Shown here piece by piece: positions 54,490 to 64,000 of a DNA stretch of 64,000 bases; positions within the stretch are counted from its first letter, which is position 1, and each line of letters starts with the position of its first letter. The notes under the pieces were generated by a model. The model did no database searches and had not been told where the DNA came from. It saw only the letters and a list, made by a program, of their open reading frames with translations. Source of the stretch: the human T2T-CHM13v2.0 reference genome, Homo sapiens. Location of the stretch: the NCBI RefSeq assembly GCF_009914755.1, contig NC_060929.1; one strand, 5' to 3'. A program made the position numbers and the translations under genes.

Positions 54490-54820
54490 CTATTTGCCAA
54501 ATAATTCTAGTTCTTCTCCCTCCTGCGTACTTGTGTGGGCTGCATATCTCAGCCCCCTTGTGGTTGGGAGGGGTCATCTAAATAGGTCTGGCCAATGAGT
54601 TGTGAGCAAAGCAACATATATCACCTCTGAGTTGGAATATGTCATTGTCAATGTGAGACCCTCCAGAGCTCTCCCTTACTTCTGGGAAATGCTTAAGATA
54701 GTGACCTGACTATTATAAACAGCCCTTCTGCTGACCCATGATAAGATATCTTCAATGCTTAAAGTCACTAAAATTTTGGGTTGTTATTGCAGCATAACCT
54801 GACTCTTCTAGACCAATTTA
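54490..54820 (+). mobile_element. MLT1I-like LTR
   Basis: tctggccaatgagttgtgagc...gagaccctccagagctctccc...ggttgttattgcagcataacct. Confidence 0.7.
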
Positions 54821-55159
54821 GACAGTTCCCTTTTATGAGATTCAGGATCTTCTTCCCTGTTGGGGAGTAGCCTGTTGTGATTTTAGAGGTTTCAGAAAGG
54901 CTATTCTACTTCAGAATATCACCACCTCTACATATCTCCTATACCAGCCCCTGAGGTTCCCACACCTACCTGAAGTTATGTGACTTAGGGCAATTCATTC
55001 TTTGTCTTTCTGAGCCTTTGCACTCCAGAATGAAAGATTGGAGGAGATGACCTCCAGGGCCACACACAGCTGGCTTTCTCTCAAAGGCAAATTGTTCTCC
55101 TAGGCACCTATTCTGGTAAGACTAACAGCCTGAGATGGGCTTTGCAGAGTTTATGGATC

Positions 55160-55505
55160 CTTCTTTAAGGACACAAATGTTTCTGCCCTTTGTTCATTCT
55201 AACATCAAGGTCTTTGCATGTTTTATTTCTTCTGCCTTAATTACTCAGGCTCAGGGATCTCAATTGTCATCTCCCCAAGAGATACCCAGTGTGACACAAG
55301 TTACTCACTTATATTACCCAGTTTCATTTTCACCAAGGCCCTTAATAGTGCTTGCAATAGTCATATCTGTAGATTATTTTATCGTGTAGAAAATAAACTG
55401 CACTAGAGCAAGGAGCTTGTCTTTTTCATTCATGGCTATATTTTCAGTACTTACAACTGAGCCTGGCACATGGTGGCCCTCAGTTGATACTGGTTGAATT
55501 AATGA
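55160..55505 (+). mobile_element. L2 3' end
   Basis: gagcctggcacatggtggccctcagttgatactggttgaattaatga. Confidence 0.75.
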
Positions 55506-55828
55506 CTCCCATACTAGTTTATCCCATGCTAGGGGCTGGATAAAGTAAAGGGAACAACAGCCTGAACCGTGTGTGAGCAGGCCCAGATGTCACAATAAGC
55601 AAGCTGCCATCCATGTGCTTGCTCTTCTGGGCAGAGTCTGTACACAAGAACTGGTTTGTTGGGAGCCTAATAAAAACAAATAGAAGCATTTCCTCTGGTG
55701 AGTCCTACACCTGGAGAACCAAATTCATAGAAGGTATTCCTGTTAAGGTATAGTTTGGGTGTTTGACAGCAAAAAAAGGAACAGTCCTACAAGCCCGAAG
55801 AGACTGGGGGCCTATATTCAACATTCTT

Positions 55829-56119
55829 CTTTTTTTTTGAGAGGGAGTCTTGCTCTGTTGCCTAGGCTGGAGTGGAGTGGCACAATCTCGGCTCACTGCA
55901 AGTCTGCCTCCCAGGTTCACGCTATTATCCTGCCTCAGCCTCCCGAAGTAGCTGGGATTATAGGTGCCCACCACCACGCTCGGCTAATTTTTTGTATTTT
56001 TAGTAGAAATGGGGTTACATCATGTTAGCCAGGATGGTCTCGATCTCCTGACCTCATGATCTGCCCACCTCAGCCTCCTAAAGTGCTGGGATTACAGGCA
56101 TGAGCCACCGCGCCTGGCC
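55829..56119 (-). mobile_element. AluY-like, inserted in L1 ORF1
   Basis: Perfect 16-bp TSD tatattcaacattctt at 55813-55828 and 56120-56135. Confidence 0.95.
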
Positions 56120-57130
56120 TATATTCAACATTCTTAAAGAAAAAGAAACTCCAACCAAGAATTTAATATCCAGTCAAACTAAACTTCATAAGTGAAAGAG
56201 AAATAAGATCCTCTTTCAGACAAGCAAATGCTAAGAGAGTTCATCAGTACCAGACATGCGTTATAAGAGGTCCTTAAGAGACTGTTAAATATGTAAACAG
56301 AAGACCATTACCAGCCACCACAAAACACACTTAAGTACATAGACCATTGACACTATAAAGCAACTACACAATCAAGTCTGCATAATAACCAGCTAACAAC
56401 ATGATGAGAGGATCAAATCCACACATATCAATATTAACCTTGAATGTAAGTGGGCTAAATGCCCAAATTAAAAGGCACAGAGTTGCAGGTTGGATAAAGA
56501 AGCAAGACTCAATGGTATGCTGTCTTCAAGAGATCCATCTCACGTGCAAAAACACCCATAGGCTCAAAGTAAAGGGATGGGGAAATACCTTCTAAGAGAC
56601 TGAAAAATAAAGAAAAGCAGTGGTTGCTATTCTAATTTTAGACAAAACAGACTTTAAATAAAAAATGATCAAAAAAGACAAGGGCATTACATAATTTTAA
56701 AGAGTTCAATTCAACAAGAAGACTTAACTATCCTAAATACATATGCATCCAACACAGGAGCACTAAGATTCATATAACCATTCTTAGAGACCTATGTAGA
56801 GACTTGGGTAACCACACAATAGTAGTGGGAGACTTCAATACCCCATTGACAGTATTAGACAAATCATCAAGGTAGAAAAATAACAAAGATATTCAGGACC
56901 TAAACTCAATGCTTGACTAAATGGACCTAATAGACATGTACAGAACTCTCCACCCAAACCCAGTAGAATATACATTCTTCTCATGTGCACTTGGCACATA
57001 CTGTAAAATCAACCACATAATAGGCCACAAAACAATTCTCAGCAAGTAAAAAAAAAAAAAAAAACAAAAACTGAAATCATACCAACCACATTCTCAGACT
57101 ACAGTGCCTGTGGTCCTAATAAAAATAGAA

Positions 57131-57345
57131 CTTACGAACACAAAGAAACAAACAACAGACATTGAGCTGTACTTCACCGGGGAGGGGAGGAGAGGGGAGA
57201 GGGGCAGAAAAGATAACTATTAGGTACTGGACTTAATACCTGAGTGATGAAATAATGTGCACAACAAACTCCCATGACATGTGTTTACCTATGTAACACA
57301 CTTTCACATGCACCCCCAAACCTAAAATAAAAGTTAAAAAAATAA
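57131..57345 (+). mobile_element. Short L1PA13/14-like 3' end nested in the ORF2 of the older L1
   Basis: A second L1 3' UTR (gataactattaggtactgg...cctaaaataaaagttaaaaaa) interrupts ORF2. TSD-like aaaaatagaa / aaataaagaa. Confidence 0.85.
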
Positions 57346-58390
57346 AGAAAAATTAATACTAAGAAAACCCTACAATTCCATGGAAATCAAACAACCAGTT
57401 CTTGAATGACTTCTGGGTAAATAGTGAAATTAAGGCAGAAATCGAGAAATTCTTTGAAATGAATAAGGACAAAGATACAACATATCAGAATCTCTGGGAC
57501 ACAGCTTAAACAGTGTAAAGAGGAAACCCTGTAATGCTAAACACCCACGTCAAAAAGCTAGAAAGATCTCTAACTAACAACTAACATCACACTTTGAAAC
57601 ACTAGAAGAAGAAGTGCAAACCAACCCCAAAGCTAGCAGAAGAAAAGAAATAACAAAAATCAGAGCTGAACTGAATAAAATTGAGATGTAAAAAAACCAG
57701 AGGAAATATCAACAAAACCAGAAGTTGGCTTTTTGAAAGATTAAATAAGATTGATAGATTGTTTTCTAGATTACTAAAGAAAAAAAGAGAGAAGATCCAA
57801 ATAAACACAATCAGAAATGACCAAAGGGACATTACCACCCACCCCACAGAAATGCAAACACCACTCAGAGACTATAACGTACACCTTTATGTGCACAAAC
57901 TAGAAAACATACAAGAAATGGATAAATTTCGGAAAACATACAACCTTCCAAGATTGAACCAGGAAGAAATAGAAAGTCTGAACAGACTAATTCTGCCAGA
58001 TGCATAAAGAAAAGCTGGCACCATTCCTACTGAAAGTATTCCAAAAAATTGAGGAGGAGGGACTCATTCTCAGCTCATTCTATGGGATCAGCATCATCCT
58101 GATACTAAAGCCTGTGAAAACTTCAGGCCAATATTCTTGTTGAACATAGATGCAAATATCTTCAACAAAACACTAGCAAACCAAATCCAGCAGCATAATG
58201 AAAAAGCTAATTCATAATGATCAAGTAGGCTTTATTCCTGGGATGCAAGGTTGATTTAACATATGCAAAACAATAACGGTGATTTATCACATAAACAGAA
58301 CTAAAACAAAAACCATGTGATGATCTCAATGGATGCGGAAAAGACTTTCAATAAAATTCAGGATTCCTTTATGTTAAAAATACTCAACAA

Positions 58391-58703
<313 letters not shown>

Positions 58704-61700
58704 CAACCCTCAACAAACTAGAGATTGAAGGAACATATCTCAAAATAATAACAGCCATCTATGACAAACCCACAGCCAACATCATACCGAATGGGCAGAC
58801 ACTGGAAGCATTACCCTGAGCACAAGAACGACAGAAAGATGACCACTCTCACCACTCCTATTCAACATAGTAGTGGAAGTCCTAGCCAGAGCAATCAGGC
58901 AAAGAAAGAAATAAAAGGCATCTAAATAGGAAGAGAGGAAGTCAAACTGTCCCTGTTTGCAGACAATATGATTGTGTATCTAGAAAACCCATAGTCTTGG
59001 CCCAAAGGCTCATTCAACTGATAAACAACTTTAGCAAAGTTTCAGGACACAAAATTTACATACAAAAAATCACTAGGATTCCTATACATGAATGACAGCC
59101 AAGCTGAGAGTCAAATCAGGAATAGAATCCTATTCACAATTGCCACAAAAAGAATAAAATACCGAGGAATTCAGCTAACCAGGGAGGTGAATGATGTCAA
59201 CAATGAAAATTACAAAATACTGCTGAAAGAAATCAGAGATGACACAAATGAAAAAAACATTCCATGTTCATGGATAGGAAGAATTGATATTGTTAAAATG
59301 GCAATACTGCTCAAAGCAATTTACAGACTCAATGGTATTCTTCTCAGAATTAGAAAAAAAATTCTAAAATTCACATGGAATCAAACAAGAGGCCAAATAG
59401 CCAAAGCAATCCTAAGGAAAAAGGTTAAAGCTGGAGGCATCATGTTACCTGACTTCAAACTATACTACAAGGCTATGGTAACTGCAACAGCATGGTACTG
59501 GTACAAAAACAGACACACAGACCAATGAAATAGAATAGCGAGCCCAGAAATAATGCTATACAACTATCTGATCTTTGATACAGTCAACAAAAACAAGCAA
59601 TGGGGAAAGGACTCCCTATTCAATAAATGTTGCTGGGATAACTGGCTAGCCATATACAGAAGAATAAAACCTGACCTCTTCCTTGTGCCATATACAAAAG
59701 TCAAGTCAAGATGGATTAAAGACTTCAATGTGAACTTAAACTATAAAAACCCTTGAAGAAAACCTAGAAAATACCATTCTGGACATAGGCCCTGGCAAAG
59801 ATTTCATAATGAAGATGCCAAAAGCAATTGCAACCAAAACGAAAATTGACAAATGGGACCTAATTAAAGAGCTTCTCCACAGCAAAAGAAACTATCAACA
59901 GAGTAAGCAGACAATCTACAGAATTGGAGAAAATATTTGCAAACTGTGCATCTGACAAAGGTCTAATATCCAGAATCTATAAGGAATGTAAACAAATTTA
60001 CAAGCAAAAACCAAACAACCCCAGTAAACAGTGGGTAAAGAACATGAACACTTTTCAAAAGAAGACATTCATGCAGCCAAGAAGCATATGAACCAATGCT
60101 CAATATCACTAATCATTAGAGAAATGCAAATCAAAACCACAATGAGATATCATCTCACATCAGTTAGATTGGTTATTATTAAAATGCAACAGATACTGGC
60201 AAGGCTGTGGAGAAAAGGGAATGCTTATACACTGCTAGTGGGAATACGAATTAGTTCAGCCACTATGGAAAGCAGTTTGGAGATTTCTGAAAGAACTTGA
60301 AGCAGGCCAACCATTTGACCCAGCAATCCCATTATTGGGTATATACCCCAAGGAATATAAATCATTCTGCTATAAAGACACATGCATGTGTAAGTTTGTT
60401 GCAGCACTATTCACAATAGCAAAACATGAAATTAACCTAAATGCCCATCAATGGTAGACTGGATAAAGGACATGTGGTACATATATGCCATGGAATACTA
60501 TGCAGTCATAAAGAAGAACAAGATCTTGTTCTTTGCAGCAATACGGATGGAACTGGAGGCCAGTGTCCTAAGCAAACTAATGCAGGAATAGAAACAAAAT
60601 ACCACGTGTTCTTTCCTATAAGTGGGAGATAAACATTGAATACACACGGTCACAAAGAAGAAAACAATAGACATTGGGACCTACTTAAAGGTAGAGGATG
60701 GGAGGAGAGTGAGGATCAAAAAACTACGTATTGGGTACTATGCTTATTACCTGGGTGATGAAACAAATGTGTACACCAATCCCCTGTGGCACACAATTTA
60801 TCTATATAACAAACCTGCCTATGTACCCCTAAAACTAATATAAAAGTTGAAAAAAAGAACATTAAAAAAACAGATTTTTAGAGTGTCTAGCTTCTTTAGA
60901 AAACATCTATTCATTGTCAAATGTCTGTCAGTCTGTTGGGTACTAATAATATAATCCTATAACTTACAAGGATGTCAGGCAAAAAGCTGGCTAAGCAACT
61001 AGGGAATCAGCTCAATTGACAGATGTGTTCATACTGCCTATAAGCCTCTGAAAAGTCAATGAATCCAATATGTGATTCAGAAATTAGAATTAATTTTTTT
61101 TAAAAATGTGGCTTTTATGCATAATGATTTTTCATTTTCTTCTTCTGGAACATGGAGGGAATGGACAACCTAATGACTCCGCCTTTCATATCCAAGCCAT
61201 CTCTAGCTATGCTGGAGGACTTTTCACCAGCCAGAGAATTCAGTTTGCATGTGATGTGGCTGGGGAGCCTGTTGAGGCTGCTCTCAGCTTGGTGCAGAGG
61301 ATTGGGTTTAGCCTACTCTCAGCACAAGGGCCAGTTATTCAGGCCTCACTGTTGGCAAAGCAGCAAATTGCTCTTTTGTGGGGCTTGGGGAAGTCACAAT
61401 TGGTTGTCTGTTTCTTGATGGACACAATAAAGGGACAGAGCAGCTCCATCTCCCTGAGCCCAGTACAAGAATTCACACACTTTGCCTCCTGCCTCCAGCT
61501 CTCCCACTAAGGGGCTCTCCCTGCAGAGTCAGTCAGCCAACCCTCTGTGACTCAGCTCCTTCCTTTGCAAAGTGGGCATGGTCGGATTTATTCAGGAGCC
61601 GTGAGGCATGCTTAAAAATGCCTTCAAAATGCCAGCTCCTGCAGATTATTCTGTGATTTGTGAACTGGCAAAAAGGTTGGGGAATTTCCCTTTGTTGGGT

Positions 61701-62228
61701 GTAGGTCTTGGCTTTCTGTGCGGAAGTGGGGCTGGCTGGCATAGAATTCCTTTGATTTCTTCTACTTCCTCTTGGGACATGGGTCACACGGAAGGCGGCC
61801 CTATCCTTGGCTGTCAGAACCCCATAAGCCCAACCATATCCTAGGCCTCTCCTTGTCTCCTCTTGTTTCTCATACAAACTCACTTCTAACTCTCAAAGGA
61901 TTTGAACAGATGGTTTACATAGAGGAAATGTAGTAAATGAAACATTATATGGAAGAAATACGTAGCCTTGAAAATAGAGGAAATGAAAATGAAAGCAACT
62001 TGAATTACCAATAATTGTAACTGATCCAACCCAATAGGCTAAAGGGACACATGCCCATTAATTGCTTTGTTAGAGGCTCTCTGTTGTTCTAGTCTTCTGA
62101 GCAGTCATCCGCCATGGTGTAATAAAAGTTACACACACACTTTGAGGAACATATTACAAAAATGAAAAAGAATGATTATTTAAAAATGCCCATAGCAATG
62201 AGGTGTACTGATTAATACATTAAAAAGG

Positions 62229-62530
62229 GGCCAGGCCTAGTGGCTCATGCCTATAATCCTAGCACTTTGGGGGGCCAAGGAAGGAGGATAGCTTGAACAC
62301 AGGAGTTCAAGACCAGCCTGGGCAAGAGAGTGAGATCCCATCTCGACAAAAATTTAAAAAATTAGCCAGGCGTGGTGGTGCTTAACTGTAATCCTAGCTT
62401 GGAAGACTGAGGCAGGAGGATAGCTTGAGCCCAGAAAGTCAAGGCTGCAGTGAGCTATGGTTATACCACTGCACTCCAGCCTGGGCAACAGAGTGAGATT
62501 CTATCTGAAAACACAAAACAAAAAAAAACA
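62229..62530 (+). mobile_element. AluJ
   Basis: gcttgagcccagaaagtcaaggctgcagtgagctatg is J-type. Confidence 0.93.
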
Positions 62531-63152
62531 TATATTTAAAAAAAGGAACAATAACCCAATGAGCCATTGTCTCTGGTAGGAGGTTGTCACCTTCATAAGA
62601 TATATCGAAACAGAAAAACAGATAAAATTACTGTTACATACAATTACTGAAATGTTAACATATAAGTTCAGGGAATTACATGATATATATGACATAATAT
62701 TTATTGAAAAATATTTTGTGCACATTAATTATAACTGTGTGAAAAGGCATTTATGTGTTCTTATGACTATCCAAAATGCACTCAGAATGATATACAATGA
62801 TATAAATTTGTTTCAATATTTACTTATTAAAAATATAGAATTTTAGAAAAAAAATTAATAATAACCAAACAGACAAAACAAGCCCAATTTTCCAGTGTGT
62901 CTCTCTCCTGGAAAGAGGCATGAATTTTTGCTCCTCCTTTCCCCAGCACATAGTACAGTGCCTGGCGCTTAGTAAATGCTCAGTGTACATTGGCCAAAAG
63001 TTGTCAAATAACAGCCAATTACTTTAGGACCAGGCTTTCTGCCAATGAATCTATGCAAGTGTGTTGACTAGCTCATATATAACCATTTCTATTGCTGTCT
63101 TCCCCACTTAATGGTTTTATTCAGACTAGATTCACATGTATTCAGAGGGAGC

Positions 63153-63465
<313 letters not shown>

Positions 63466-63919
63466 TGAGAAATTAATTTTCCATTCAAATAGCTAAATTT
63501 AAGAAGTCCTCAGTAGGCCTTGTCCTGGCAAAACAGTAATGAGGGAAGAATGATATCTCCTTGTCATGATCCGTGTTGTGATGCACTATGGTGACACACA
63601 AGGAAATGGAGAGCCATGTAAGGAGTTTTAATTGTTCAGTTGAAACAGACTTCTGAATACTTATGATTCCCTCATCTTCATAGAATACTGAGGTTTTCCC
63701 TGAAAGAAGTATCACTGCTTTTTAAGACAGGAAATAAGGTGGCTCTTGAGATTAGAGTAGGGAGATGCTTTCTCCACTACTCTCAAAAATGACACCAATG
63801 TCATGGGGTTGGTGGGGAGGGGACATATGAACACAGTATGGTTAATGATTGAAGCTCCTCTGTCCTAGCTCTTCTGGCCCTGGGGTTGGGGTGTGGTATG
63901 TTCTTGGTGATAATGTGAC

Positions 63920-63962
63920 TGTGTGTGTGTGTGTGTGTGTGTGTGGGTGTGTGTGTGTGTGT
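63920..63962. repeat. (TG)n microsatellite
   Basis: Direct reading. Confidence 0.95.
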
Positions 63963-64000
63963 CTATGTATGTATGTCTGTGTACTGAAAGTATGGTGTAA

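Noticed and set aside
59088-59528. Reverse-transcriptase-like ORF as a possible novel RT system
   Set aside because: It is a fragment of decayed LINE-1 ORF2, broken by stops, frameshifts and nested insertions.

Overview
This window is primate (most likely human) non-coding DNA, either intergenic or deep inside a long intron. It has no credible protein-coding gene, rRNA, tRNA or CRISPR array. The listed ORFs are chance ORFs or translations of Alu, L1 and LTR remnants. Much of the window is interspersed repeats, assigned from remembered consensus sequences and not from a RepeatMasker run: 9 Alus, a 5-kb L1PA15/16-like element with three nested insertions, older L1M, L2 and MIR fragments, ERVL/MaLR solo LTRs and hAT/Tigger DNA-transposon MITEs. 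The most notable non-routine signals are: (1) a 3' splice site fused directly to a consensus 5' splice site (ttttctctgtag|GTAAGT at 50/51) with a second GTAAGT 234 nt downstream, the architecture of a vertebrate recursive splice site plus RS-exon; (2) a 63-bp inverted copy (59/63) of downstream unique sequence written into a MER47/Tigger5 element; (3) a polyadenylated, TSD-flanked MLT1 fragment that looks L1-mobilised; (4) a fold-back duplication of an Alu target site. I see no evidence for a new multi-gene system.
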